Source: a virus
Length of the DNA stretch: 64,000 nucleotides
Reading direction: 5' to 3' (one strand)
IMG/VR virus record: IMGVR_UViG_3300042465_007929
Location: 1 to 64,000 of that record
The translations under genes and the position numbers were made by a program. Below are positions 49,939 to 60,626 of this stretch, piece by piece (the stretch's first letter is position 1; the number at the start of each line of letters is the position of its first letter). Under the pieces are notes generated by a model that was not told the origin of the DNA, searched no databases, and saw nothing but the letters and a program-made list of their open reading frames with translations.

Positions 49939-52371
49939 TTAGCTGATCTTCAGTTTATTGTCAATGATTTTTACTGAAATTTTTTGATTTTTTGAATTTT
50001 TAATTATAAATTTAGAAATTGGAACTTGAAACTCAGAACGGACAAGATCCTTAATATTGCGAGCATGAAGTTTGTCGATTTTAATTTTATTTAAAATGGA
50101 TTCTTTTGTTGATGGGTGAAAATTAATTTTGATATTCTTTTCTTTTAATTTTTCTTGAATATTTTTAATTTCAATAGAAACAATAGATTCAAGCTCTTTG
50201 CTGGATAGTTCATTAAATACTAAAATATTATTAATTCTAGCAACAAATTCTGGCTTTAAATATTTTTTTACAGCGTCTTGATAAATAGTCTCTGGTTCTT
50301 CTGTATCATTAATAAAGCCCATTGATTTTTTTTCTTTTTTATCATGACCAATATTACTAGTAAGAATCACGATAGAATTTGTAAATGAAATTTTATTATT
50401 AAGATTATCATTAACATAGCCTTCATCAAGAAGATGAAGCAGCAAATTTAGAATTTCTGGATCGCATTTTTCAACTTCATCAAAAAGAACCACACAATTA
50501 GGATTGCTTCTTACGAACTCAGTAAGAAGTCCTCCTTGCTCGAAACCAACATAACCAGCATTAGCCCCAATCAATTTACTTATGCCTGTTTTCTCTTGAT
50601 ACTCGCTCATGTTGATTTGAATAAAAGCTTTCTCATTACCATAAAAATGTTTTGCAATTTTCTTTGCAGTATATGTTTTACCAACACTCGTAGGTCCGAC
50701 AAAAAACAAACTACATAATGGTTTATTTGGATCATTAAGTCCTACTTTAGCACATGATAAAATATCGGTAATTTGCTCAATATTCTTAGATTGGCCAAAA
50801 ACTTCTTTTTCAATATTCTCTTGGAATGTGGAGAAATCATTGATATTGATCGAGATAGAATTCTTAGAAAGTCCACTTTTTTCAGAAATGACTTCAATCA
50901 CATCAGACAATTTAATTGTGAATTTTTTCTTAAATAAGTCTTCATTAAATATTTTGATTTTTTCAACATAAGAAATTAAAGCATTTTCACATGTGAATTC
51001 ATCTTCTTCATCATTGAATGGTTCATCACGCAATAATTTCTTCATAAGATAATTTTGTAAATCTTGAACTTCATCAGGAAGTTTAATGTTTTTAATTTTT
51101 ACCCTAGCACCAACCAAATCAACAATATCAAATGCTTTATCTGGAAAATTTTTATGAGGAATATAACTATCACAAAGATCAATAATAGCATCAATCACTT
51201 TTGATGGATACTGAACATGATGAAATAATTCATAATCCTCAATACAATTAGAGATGATTTCTTTAGTTTGTTTTTTAGATGGAGCTTCTATAGAGATAGC
51301 GTCAAATCTTCTTTTCATTGCGCCATCCTTTTCGAAATATTTTTTATATTCATTGCTTGTTGTTGCCCCAATACATTTAAAGTTCCCCCTAGCTAGGGCT
51401 GGCTTTAACATATTTGAAGCATCTAACGAACCCTCTGAGCTTCCTGCTCCTACGATGTTATGAATTTCATCAAAAAATAAAATAATATTCTTATGTTCTG
51501 ATGCAGCTTCAATAAGTTCTTTAAATCTTTCTTCAAATTCTCCTCTATATCTAGTACCAGAAATCATTGATGCAAGATCAACACTGTATATTTCTGCATT
51601 TAAAAGATTAGCTGGTACGTTATTATTAATAACTCTTTGCGCTAAACCTTCAATAATTGCTGTTTTTCCTACCCCACCTTCTCCAATAAGAATAGCATTA
51701 CTTTTGACTTTCTTAGAAAGAATTTCAATGAGTTCGTTGATTTCTTTATCCCTGCCAGAAATATTATTAAACACTCCAGAAAGAGCCTTAACATTTAAAA
51801 AAGTACAGTATTTTTCAAATGGTTTTGCTTTTTTCTTTGGTTCTTGATTTTTTAATTTTGATACTTCTTTTGGTTCTATATTTTTTTCTTGTGGTAATTT
51901 TTCCACTTCACAAAAAGATTCAATATGAGATTTAATGATTTTTTTAAATTCATTAGTATCAATATTCTCTTTTGACAGGAAAGCGCAAAACTCATCTGAG
52001 TTTTCTAAAATAGAATAAAAAATATGTTCTATCCCAATATAATCATGTTCATAAACTTCAGAAAGTTTTTGAGCATAAGAAATTACTGTTTCTGTTTCTT
52101 TATGCCAAGAACTTTTAAAAATTTCATCATAAAATTCATCTGGATTGTTTTTAGCATATTTTATAATTAAAGATTTGAAATCTATGTCTTCAATAATTAT
52201 TTCATTGATCTCTAACATCATAGTTAGATCTTCAGATAAATTTAATAAACACCCATAAAATAAATGTGAATTGTTGATGCGGCCATGCGAATATTCTACT
52301 GCAAATTCCTTGGCTGATTTATAAGCTTTTTTAGCTCTTGGTGTTAAATTGAAATTATTTATTCCCATCAT
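49939..52371 (-). CDS. clpC: ClpA/ClpC-family AAA+ unfoldase
   Basis: Clp-N repeats, [35 protein letters not shown] ClpP-docking loop. Confidence 0.88.
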   Translation of the reverse strand: MMGINNFNLTPRAKKAYKSAKEFAVEYSHGRINNSHLFYGCLLNLSEDLTMMLEINEIIIEDIDFKSLIIKYAKNNPDEFYDEIFKSSWHKETETVISYAQKLSEVYEHDYIGIEHIFYSILENSDEFCAFLSKENIDTNEFKKIIKSHIESFCEVEKLPQEKNIEPKEVSKLKNQEPKKKAKPFEKYCTFLNVKALSGVFNNISGRDKEINELIEILSKKVKSNAILIGEGGVGKTAIIEGLAQRVINNNVPANLLNAEIYSVDLASMISGTRYRGEFEERFKELIEAASEHKNIILFFDEIHNIVGAGSSEGSLDASNMLKPALARGNFKCIGATTSNEYKKYFEKDGAMKRRFDAISIEAPSKKQTKEIISNCIEDYELFHHVQYPSKVIDAIIDLCDSYIPHKNFPDKAFDIVDLVGARVKIKNIKLPDEVQDLQNYLMKKLLRDEPFNDEEDEFTCENALISYVEKIKIFNEDLFKKKFTIKLSDVIEVISEKSGLSKNSISININDFSTFQENIEKEVFGQSKNIEQITDILSCAKVGLNDPNKPLCSLFFVGPTSVGKTYTAKKIAKHFYGNEKAFIQINMSEYQEKTGISKLIGANAGYVGFEQGGLLTEFVRSNPNCVVLFDEVEKCDPEILNLLLHLLDEGYVNDNLNNKISFTNSIVILTSNIGHDKKEKKSMGFINDTEEPETIYQDAVKKYLKPEFVARINNILVFNELSSKELESIVSIEIKNIQEKLKEKNIKINFHPSTKESILNKIKIDKLHARNIKDLVRSEFQVPISKFIIKNSKNQKISVKIIDNKLKIS

Positions 52372-52382
52372 ATTTTTTACAC

Positions 52383-54944
52383 TTATTTAAGTTGTGAAAG
52401 TTTCATATAGATTTTGTCTTCAAGAGTTGTGATTTTATCAATAAAAATAATATCGTCCCCCTTAGTCCCTGTGATAATGACAATATTATCTTTGACTGGT
52501 AATTTTTTACCAGAGTTTACATACTCAGTCAATCTTTCTTTATTAGCGCTATCCATAAATAATCCACAAACAGAACCTACATCGTCCTGAAGATCCATTC
52601 TAGCGTATTTGTTTCCATTGGAACTTGTTCTCTTCATGATGTCGGTAATCACGCCCACGAACTGGATATTGCCTCTAGGCTCAACACCTTTGATCTGTTG
52701 AGAAGAAAGTAAATCAGTATGGTTATACCCACTAAAAATTTGTCTGATATTATAAGAGTAACTATAACCTAAAAGCTCTGATTCAAAAAACCAATTAGCA
52801 AACTTAATGTGGCTCCTATTCATTTCATAGATGCTTTTATAAGGCTCATATTTTTTCTTGAATGTCTCAAATCTCTTGGCAGTAAATAGTGGTTTATTAT
52901 CATCAGCAGGAAGAGAATCTTTTTGATATTCATGAATACAGCGAAGAATGTCATAATCGTATTTAGCGCCAAGCTCCACAATATTTCTCTTTTCTCTATC
53001 ACTAAGAATATTAAACGTTTGAGCCTCTAACACGAGTTTACATCGATCTTTAGTCACGAATGAGTCAAGCAGTCCAGCTTGAATAAGAGCTGAGAAGCAA
53101 CCAATATTTAAACTAGATTGTTTTGCCGCCATGAACGCTTCATACTTATTAGAAAACGAACCTTCTCTGAACTCCAGTAGAGCTTCTAGCGACTTATCCG
53201 ATACTCCTTTAATGCAATTTAATCCATAACGGATGTTCTTGCATTCTATCTTGAAATCAATATCTGATTTATTGAGATCAGGAGGAAGTAGTTTGATATC
53301 AAAAAACGATAGTTCTTGTGATATTTTACGAATCTCGTCAAGAGAATCTGGTTCAAATCTTGCAAATTTTAAAAGAGCAAGAAAGAATTCCTGCGGATAG
53401 TTGAATTTGAGATAAACTGTGATTGCGGCGAGATTAGCATAAGAAATACTGTGGCTCTTGTTGAATGAATAGTTAGCAGAATCTTCAGCAACTTTCCAGA
53501 GAACTTCTGCAATTTCAGAATCAAGATTATGTTCTTCGATTTTTTTAGAAATCTTCTCTTTCCACTCTCCCATTTGATCCACTTTCTTCTTGCCAACGAT
53601 GCGTCGAAGTTGTTCTGATTCATCAAGAGAGAATCCGACTTTTACCGCCATCTTCATCAACTGCTCCTGATAAAGTGGAATGCCGCCTGTATAACTAAGG
53701 ACATCATCAAAGAATGGATGAACAGATTGAAAGTCTCCAGTCCTTACATAATCAGCATACCTATCCTTAAAGTCTAATGCTCCGGGTCGAGCGATAGCTA
53801 CAACAGCAGAAAGCTCCTCTAGGCTCCGTGGAGCGATTAGCTTACATACTTTGAAGTTGGTATCTGCTTCAATCTGGAAGAGTCCCTGTGGCTGCTCTAG
53901 GCAAGCTAAAGCTGCGTAGATAGATGGGTGTTGAACGTCAATATCATCTACATTGATTCCGATGTTTTTACAAACAGAATGCACTACAGATAATGTACGA
54001 AGACCAAGAATATCAAATTTCACGCTAAGGCTTGCGACATCATTCATATCATAACCAGAAACCAAAGAATCGTCATTGGTTTTTTGCAATGGCATAATAT
54101 CTTCAACATCATAAAAACTAATACAAATGCCAGAAGGATGAACGCCTGTATTCTTATTTAGACCCTCAAGTTTTTTAGCAATATTATATGACTTAGGATA
54201 TTCATCAGCATACTTCTTGAACGTTTCACTCTCTTCGTATGCCACATCAAGCTTTGCGACCTTGCCAAACTTCTTTGGAATTGAATCACTAATTTCATTA
54301 ACTTGAGTTTCTGAAAGTTCATCTACGATCTTGCCGCATTCTTTAATACAGAGTTTACCACTTAGGGTATTCAACGTAAGAATCTTGCAGGTTCGACCTT
54401 TGTACTTGCGATTGATATAATCAATAACTTCTGCGCGACGATCATATGAAATATCATTGTCTACGTCAGCAAGAAGTCCGCCATCAAGATAGATTTCTCC
54501 GTTATGTTCAATCTTTCTAGCGCGACTTTTAGAGACAAATCTCTCGAAGAAAAGGTCATATTGAATAGGATCAATATTAGTTACTCCAATAACATAAAGA
54601 ACTAGAGATCCTGCGGCAGATCCACGACCCGCACCAGTAGGAATTCCATTTTCCTTACAGTAATTAAGTATATCCCAATTCAGAAGAATATAATCAATGA
54701 ACCCAAGATCATCGAGAACAGAAAGCTCTTCTTTTAAACGATCATAATATTTTTGAACATTATCTTTCTTATCGATTCCTCTGCCTAGAAGACCTTTATA
54801 GCAGAGTCTACGAAGAAAGTTAAAATTAGATTGATCCTCGGAACATCCGACATAATCATAATATTTCTTTTCAATTTTAATTTGAGGCAGTTTGACTCCA
54901 ACTGGAAATGGAGTATCATATTTTTTATAGTCAGAAAAATTCAT
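52383..54944 (-). CDS. dnaE: DNA polymerase III alpha subunit, catalytic part lacking the PHP domain
   Basis: GRGSAAGSLV, LFFERF, DVDND, KFDILGL, YSFNKSH, C-terminal OB fold. Confidence 0.93.
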   Translation of the reverse strand: MNFSDYKKYDTPFPVGVKLPQIKIEKKYYDYVGCSEDQSNFNFLRRLCYKGLLGRGIDKKDNVQKYYDRLKEELSVLDDLGFIDYILLNWDILNYCKENGIPTGAGRGSAAGSLVLYVIGVTNIDPIQYDLFFERFVSKSRARKIEHNGEIYLDGGLLADVDNDISYDRRAEVIDYINRKYKGRTCKILTLNTLSGKLCIKECGKIVDELSETQVNEISDSIPKKFGKVAKLDVAYEESETFKKYADEYPKSYNIAKKLEGLNKNTGVHPSGICISFYDVEDIMPLQKTNDDSLVSGYDMNDVASLSVKFDILGLRTLSVVHSVCKNIGINVDDIDVQHPSIYAALACLEQPQGLFQIEADTNFKVCKLIAPRSLEELSAVVAIARPGALDFKDRYADYVRTGDFQSVHPFFDDVLSYTGGIPLYQEQLMKMAVKVGFSLDESEQLRRIVGKKKVDQMGEWKEKISKKIEEHNLDSEIAEVLWKVAEDSANYSFNKSHSISYANLAAITVYLKFNYPQEFFLALLKFARFEPDSLDEIRKISQELSFFDIKLLPPDLNKSDIDFKIECKNIRYGLNCIKGVSDKSLEALLEFREGSFSNKYEAFMAAKQSSLNIGCFSALIQAGLLDSFVTKDRCKLVLEAQTFNILSDREKRNIVELGAKYDYDILRCIHEYQKDSLPADDNKPLFTAKRFETFKKKYEPYKSIYEMNRSHIKFANWFFESELLGYSYSYNIRQIFSGYNHTDLLSSQQIKGVEPRGNIQFVGVITDIMKRTSSNGNKYARMDLQDDVGSVCGLFMDSANKERLTEYVNSGKKLPVKDNIVIITGTKGDDIIFIDKITTLEDKIYMKLSQLK

Positions 54945-55573
54945 AATTCGATTTCAAAGAGTTGTTTTTTAAAGATTTTATAAGTCATTTCTACGTCGTA
55001 GAGCGCATCATGAAGTTTGCGTTCATCAAATGCAATTTCATATTTTTTCAAGAGAGCTAACTGCGAAGCTTTAACTGTTCTATCTCGATGATTAAGCAGT
55101 TTATATTGCCAGCTAATTAAATTATCTTTTTGCACTGGAATTTGTTTAGCGATAGCCATAGCAAGGCAACGAGTGTCAATAATACGATCAATAAAAGAAT
55201 AGTCGGGCTTTAAACCTATTAGCTTACGCCAAATATTAATCATATAAACATCAAAGCCAAGAACATTTTGTCCAATAAGCTTATATTGTGGATCGTAAAG
55301 ATATTTAGAAAATTTATTAAATGCTTCTGTAGCATCTATAGCTTTTCTTTCATAATATTCTTGAGAAAATCCAGTGACTTTCGCTGCGCCTTCAGAAACT
55401 TTAAGATCATCCCACTTGATATAAATATCAAACTTTTCAAGAATCTTATCTCCTTGGGCGACAATCCAAGCCATTTGCCAAGGCTTAGAATGAACTAAGT
55501 TTAAACCTTCAGTCTCACTATCAAAAATAATATATTTTTGCTGTTTATCGAATCTAAGTAGATCAGTTTGCAT
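54941..55573 (-). CDS. dnaQ: DEDDh 3'-5' exonuclease (epsilon-like)
   Basis: FDSETEGL, N..GFD, IDTR, HDALYD. Confidence 0.85.
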   Translation of the reverse strand: MQTDLLRFDKQQKYIIFDSETEGLNLVHSKPWQMAWIVAQGDKILEKFDIYIKWDDLKVSEGAAKVTGFSQEYYERKAIDATEAFNKFSKYLYDPQYKLIGQNVLGFDVYMINIWRKLIGLKPDYSFIDRIIDTRCLAMAIAKQIPVQKDNLISWQYKLLNHRDRTVKASQLALLKKYEIAFDERKLHDALYDVEMTYKIFKKQLFEIEL

Positions 55574-56324
55574 TTTGTTCTAGGTAACTTTCAAAGCTGA
55601 ATTCATCGCTTCCAAAGTGATTGAGATTGGGGCTTGATAAAGATGCCGCTTTTCCAAAGCTACGATTGCAAAGAATCTTATAGGTTTGAAGTGCTGCATA
55701 GTCTTTTTTGTCTTTATAATAAATAGACTTAACACGCTTTCTTTTGTAATCATATCCACTAGAAGCAAAGTGGTCAATATGATTTTCGATAATAGCATCA
55801 AAAGGAAGGCTATTGTTTTCCAAAAAGAATGAAGGCTTAATACTTGAGAAATCAGGAACGCAGTTCGCTAGATACATCTGATTATTAAAAATAAATGAAT
55901 CATAAAACGGAATCACCAAATCAACATCATCTTTTTCCCAAATTGAATTTAAATATTTAAAGTCAATTCTATTATTGCAGTTCATTGCAGAATGAGATGA
56001 AATCTTATTCAATAACTTGCATCCATTATCATTCTTAGAAAAGATAATAATCTTATGATTTGATGTTGCTGATTCATCAGAAACATCATTGCAGCATGTT
56101 AATCTTAGACCAAAGATTAATTGAATATCATTTTCTTTGCAAACGTTGTGAGCTTTAATAAAGCCTGTCATACGATCCTCTACCAATACAAGGGTTTTAA
56201 TATTGTGATCGTTGCAAATAGTGATGATGCTATCTGGACCTTCGGACTCTTCCGAAGTGTCTAAAGTCAAAATAGACTTCCCGATAGAATAAGTGCTTTT
56301 CCATATTGGAATAATAGGGGTCAT
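55563..56324 (-). CDS. Stand-alone PHP domain of DnaE
   Basis: STYSIGKS, IFGLRL, KNDNGCKLLNKISS, RIDF. Confidence 0.75.
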   Translation of the reverse strand: MTPIIPIWKSTYSIGKSILTLDTSEESEGPDSIITICNDHNIKTLVLVEDRMTGFIKAHNVCKENDIQLIFGLRLTCCNDVSDESATSNHKIIIFSKNDNGCKLLNKISSHSAMNCNNRIDFKYLNSIWEKDDVDLVIPFYDSFIFNNQMYLANCVPDFSSIKPSFFLENNSLPFDAIIENHIDHFASSGYDYKRKRVKSIYYKDKKDYAALQTYKILCNRSFGKAASLSSPNLNHFGSDEFSFESYLEQNAN

Positions 56325-56371
56325 ACGTTCAGTATAACCCCTATCGAAATTTGGACAAGTAAAATTTTAAC

Positions 56372-57388
56372 TTATTTTTGAAATTTAGGACAACCTCCGT
56401 AGTATTTCATTTCAAAATTTCCACCTTCTGGAACTAGTTTCTCAGAAAATTCTTCTTCTCTAATAGAAGTTACAAATTCTTTGTTTTTATTAAAAATATG
56501 ATAATAAAAGAATGGGAATTTTGATGAACAATGCCACATTAATGATCCATCTTTTTTAAGATGCCCCTCATAATCAGCCCTGCCACAAACTAGTTTACCA
56601 GCGAATCCCTCATCCTTTGCAGGATAACCTTTATCATAAGCAAAATTAGATTTGCCAGTTTTTTCAGTAAACTTATTAAGCGTTTCTTGTATTCCTGTTA
56701 AGAAATATTCAAAACCTTCAAGTTCGTCATCTGAAAGTTGATCCATTTTTAAATGACCCTTACCTCTGCAATCAAACTTAATAAATAAGAACTCTGAGTT
56801 TCTTTTAATATACTCTGGATACAAATATTTGACTGCAAGACTGTACATTAAATCCTGCATATTATCTGAGGCTTCTTTACCTTCAAAAACTCCTTTGGAA
56901 GTTTTAAAATCTCTAATAAGAATTCGACTTTGTTTTTTAAATAGGAATAGTTTATCGATAAAACCTAAGATTCTATAATTTTTGCCATCCTCATTAATAT
57001 TTAAATCAAATTTTTCTTCGCTAAGAGCTTGAGACAATTCTTTATCCTCTTCACCGAAGAAATCAAAGTTTAACCCCTCAACTGTCATTGAATTAATAAG
57101 ATCAACATTTTCTTGGTCAGCAATGTTGTATTTTTTTACATAAGCCATCACCATTCTTTCTATAGGCTTTGACGCAAAGATATCTTGAGCTTTTACAATC
57201 GAATCATAATGATGCTTATGTTTTGGATTGCCAAGATTTTCAAAAATAGCATGGCATATACTGCCCCTTAAATTACCATGATTATTTTTATTGGGTAATT
57301 TAAGTTTATAATTTGTCCAGTAAAGCCAACTACATGTTTGCAGTGTTTTGATTCTGGATGCTGATAGTGGGGTATTAGGCTCGGTCAT
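56372..57388 (-). CDS. RecB-family PD-(D/E)xK nuclease
   Basis: LSASRI...C, GSICH..FE, GFIDKL, DFKTSK, Q..MY. Confidence 0.85.
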   Translation of the reverse strand: MTEPNTPLSASRIKTLQTCSWLYWTNYKLKLPNKNNHGNLRGSICHAIFENLGNPKHKHHYDSIVKAQDIFASKPIERMVMAYVKKYNIADQENVDLINSMTVEGLNFDFFGEEDKELSQALSEEKFDLNINEDGKNYRILGFIDKLFLFKKQSRILIRDFKTSKGVFEGKEASDNMQDLMYSLAVKYLYPEYIKRNSEFLFIKFDCRGKGHLKMDQLSDDELEGFEYFLTGIQETLNKFTEKTGKSNFAYDKGYPAKDEGFAGKLVCGRADYEGHLKKDGSLMWHCSSKFPFFYYHIFNKNKEFVTSIREEEFSEKLVPEGGNFEMKYYGGCPKFQK

Positions 57389-58451
57389 TACAAAGTTTTG
57401 AAAATTTAGTTACATCTTTAGCATTGAAAAGCATGGGATTTTTTTCAACAAAACTTAGAATAGCTTTTATTTGCTTATCTTTGTCAATCTCCTGTGAGAG
57501 CCAGTCTTTAAGATTATATCCGCTTTCATGAGCAATTCCAAAGTCATTATGAGGCTTTGGCGGCAGCTTGATAACTAATTGATTAAGGTCGAAAAACTTA
57601 CTAAGATTCATGAAAATCTTAATGGATGAAATAAGTCCATGATTCTTTTCTGATTCTGAATCGTTATTATTGGAAATAATAATTCGATCAATCTCTTTGC
57701 CACTAAGGTATGAAATGATTTTTGGATTAATACCAAGACCGAAAGTAACTAGAGAATTCTTAATGCCTTGATCGAATAATGCCATACTATCACCAATGCT
57801 CTCTACAAGAATAACTTCTTTAGCTTGATCAATATATTCATCTACTATTGTAGGGGCTGGAACATATGCTGGATAAACCCAATTCTTTCTCTTGCCAAGA
57901 TGCTTCCATTTAGCGAAATCATTTTCATTGTCTACTTTTCGCCCAGAGAATCCAATAATTTGTTTATTCTCATCATAGATTGGAAAAACCATCCTGCGAT
58001 ACATTTGTCCCACACCAGCAAGACCAACTTTAAAAAACTTTTGAGTAGTTTCTGAAATTGATTTATTTTTATAAAAATTGTAATTAGGAAACAATCTTTC
58101 TAGCGCGGATTCTGGATAAATTTTTTCCATTTCAATTAATTCTTTGTTTTCTGTATAGGTATAAGTTTCGCCTTTTTGAATACTGCTGAGTATGGTCTTT
58201 AATTTACACTTATCATCTTTTAATGTAAGTTGAATCAAAGCCTCTAAGGGTTTAGATCCCTTATTCTCAATATAATCATTCCATACTCCAGTATTCTTGT
58301 AAATCTGAACTGCTGTTTTGTTATCGCCATTTCTATAAATAGCACTAGTTCTCCAATGATTGCCACAATCAATAAGTTTGTACCCTATCGATTCTAACAC
58401 TTCTTTAATGCTATTAGAATCTATCGAAGTTGGGGAGGTCGTCATTGTCAT
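57375..58451 (-). CDS. DnaG-like primase (TOPRIM)
   Basis: RMVFPIY...IIGFSGR, ILVESIGD. Confidence 0.8.
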   Translation of the reverse strand: MTMTTSPTSIDSNSIKEVLESIGYKLIDCGNHWRTSAIYRNGDNKTAVQIYKNTGVWNDYIENKGSKPLEALIQLTLKDDKCKLKTILSSIQKGETYTYTENKELIEMEKIYPESALERLFPNYNFYKNKSISETTQKFFKVGLAGVGQMYRRMVFPIYDENKQIIGFSGRKVDNENDFAKWKHLGKRKNWVYPAYVPAPTIVDEYIDQAKEVILVESIGDSMALFDQGIKNSLVTFGLGINPKIISYLSGKEIDRIIISNNNDSESEKNHGLISSIKIFMNLSKFFDLNQLVIKLPPKPHNDFGIAHESGYNLKDWLSQEIDKDKQIKAILSFVEKNPMLFNAKDVTKFSKLCNDRA

Positions 58452-59931
58452 CTGAATCTTCTAGTTCTTGATCTCCTTCTAGAGCTTTAGCAATATCTCT
58501 CAAATCACCACATTCTGCAATATTAAAATTAGCAAATTCTAAATTAACAAAATTCTTGCGAAGTGCATCTCCAATACGAACTGGCTCAACAGCGCCAGCA
58601 ATATCTTTTCCCAAATGTCGAGCTTTAACATTAATAAGCTTATGAGTACCAAATCGAACTCCTTCTGTTTGGATCTCATCAGCGGTTTTATTTCTAAGAA
58701 TAAACATATGAGAACAGAACTGAGTAATACGGTCAGAAAGAGATACAACGCTTTCATCATCAATAACATTAGCCGCCATTCGATTATTAGTAATACCACT
58801 TCGGTTAGATTGAACAGAAGTAATCATTGGGATAACTGGATTACCATCCTCAAGAATCTCTTTCTGAATGCATTTCTTAAACTTATCAACCATCTCACCA
58901 ACAGTTTGCCATTCGCTTTTTCCAGCTCCAGATTCTGAAGTAGTCTTAATATAATCGAATGAGAAAATCATTTGATTGCCACGGCCAACTTTGGAATAAT
59001 AGAAGCGCTTGAGGGTATCAATCATTGAGTCTACATCCATACCACCAACATTATAATAATAGAATTGAAGATCTTTAATTTTAGACCAAACACTGCGAAC
59101 CTTATCTACAACTTCTTGCCCAGCCCTACGCCAGTTACCACTTTCAATCAGATGCATTGGTACTCCTGATAGAGCAGCGCATTGACGCATTACAAGCTCT
59201 TCCTTGCTCATCTCTCCATTGTCAAAGTGAAGAACTGGAACATTGTATTTAGCGCTAACCTTAGTGGCGTAGTGCATACAAAACTGAGTCTTACCCACTC
59301 CAGAACGAGCTACAATAACTGTAATATTTCCCGGACGAAGAAGCGATCCATAAATCTCATTAACCTTTGGGTGTGGACCCATCATTCCAAATTCAGTAAT
59401 AGGATTATTACCCCGTTCTTCAATGATGTCTTCCATATCAGCATAGATATTCTCAGGGACATCCTTTCCGATCTCATAGAGATTAATCTTGGAATTATAA
59501 ATACCATCTGCACACTCAACAATTTGCTGATATGAAGATTCTGGCGACATAGACTTCATTGCCTTTGCCATTTCCTGAGATGAATTAAAAATCTCTCTAC
59601 GGATAGAGAATTTCTTCAACTCTTTAGCTGTCTTAACTAAATTACCTGCTGGAACTTTTCTTAAAGCCAAAGACTTGATATAGTCAGATGGGTTTAGATT
59701 ATCTTCAAAGGATAAACCAATAGAATTGATTCTTTGAGCAATAATAATCTCATCAATCTCATCACCAGCATCAATAGCTTGTTTAATAATTGTAAAAATA
59801 GCACTATGAAGATTACTCTGCTCAGAGTAAAAATCAGATGCATCAATAAAATTAGAAATCTGTGAAAAATGCTGTGACTCTTTAATAAGCCCAGCGAGGA
59901 GTTGTTTTTCTATTTCGAAGTTATAAATCAT
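58414..59931 (-). CDS. dnaB: Replicative DNA helicase
   Basis: ARSGVGKT, EMSKEEL..R, FDYIK, VQSNR. Confidence 0.88.
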   Translation of the reverse strand: MIYNFEIEKQLLAGLIKESQHFSQISNFIDASDFYSEQSNLHSAIFTIIKQAIDAGDEIDEIIIAQRINSIGLSFEDNLNPSDYIKSLALRKVPAGNLVKTAKELKKFSIRREIFNSSQEMAKAMKSMSPESSYQQIVECADGIYNSKINLYEIGKDVPENIYADMEDIIEERGNNPITEFGMMGPHPKVNEIYGSLLRPGNITVIVARSGVGKTQFCMHYATKVSAKYNVPVLHFDNGEMSKEELVMRQCAALSGVPMHLIESGNWRRAGQEVVDKVRSVWSKIKDLQFYYYNVGGMDVDSMIDTLKRFYYSKVGRGNQMIFSFDYIKTTSESGAGKSEWQTVGEMVDKFKKCIQKEILEDGNPVIPMITSVQSNRSGITNNRMAANVIDDESVVSLSDRITQFCSHMFILRNKTADEIQTEGVRFGTHKLINVKARHLGKDIAGAVEPVRIGDALRKNFVNLEFANFNIAECGDLRDIAKALEGDQELEDSDDNDDLPNFDRF

Positions 59932-59971
59932 CTCGTAGTTATTCTATCGTTCTATCTAAGGTATGCAAGCT

Positions 59972-60244
59972 TTATTCGTCAATCATTTCACTATCGCTAT
60001 CTGTCCTAATTAAATAATCAGACATTGCTTTTTTTAGACCAAGTTCAGTGATAACTGAATCGAATCTTGAATAAATCATTGGGCATCCCTTTTCAGTGAC
60101 ACACGCGATAATTAATCCTTTATATTTATCTGAATCACCACTCAATTCATAAAGTTTATTAACTAAGCTATCTGGGATGCTAAATTCTGGTTGTTCGTCT
60201 GGTTCAAATTCTTCCATATTATAAATAAATTCCTTGGCTTTCAA
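59972..60244 (-). CDS. Hypothetical protein
   Basis: 90-aa ORF. Confidence 0.5.
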   Translation of the reverse strand: MKAKEFIYNMEEFEPDEQPEFSIPDSLVNKLYELSGDSDKYKGLIIACVTEKGCPMIYSRFDSVITELGLKKAMSDYLIRTDSDSEMIDE

Positions 60245-60626
60245 AAAACTCTAAACAAACATGATCGTTTGGATAGATCTCTAGTAATTTTAAATTGTTG
60301 GTTTGACAAAATTCATATTTTTTATCATCCCTTTTTAATTGTTGTAAATATTTAAGGCGATTCCCATGAAAAAATTTTATAAATTTAGTATGTTGTGCGC
60401 CCTGCACTTCTATCATGATCTTTTTATTAGCATTATAAAAGTCGAAACTTAATCGTGTTCCAACTAATCTAAATTCTTCAAAAACAATGTCATGTTGCCA
60501 ATATGGTTGAAGAAATTGTTTTACCTCAAATTGAAATTTGCTCCTGCTTTTTAAATTCCAATCTATTAGATATTTTTTAGCATTTTTAAGATTTAATTCT
60601 CGACCATTAATGCCTATAAATCTCAT
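60219..60626 (-). CDS. DUF559-like PD-(D/E)xK endonuclease
   Basis: RSKFQ, FEE, FDFY, IEVQGAQH, RDDKK. Confidence 0.75.
   Translation of the reverse strand: MRFIGINGRELNLKNAKKYLIDWNLKSRSKFQFEVKQFLQPYWQHDIVFEEFRLVGTRLSFDFYNANKKIMIEVQGAQHTKFIKFFHGNRLKYLQQLKRDDKKYEFCQTNNLKLLEIYPNDHVCLEFFESQGIYL

Noticed and set aside
56372-57388. Cas4 of a CRISPR system
   Set aside because: Sits in the replication operon with no array or cas1/cas2; better explained as a RecB-family phage nuclease
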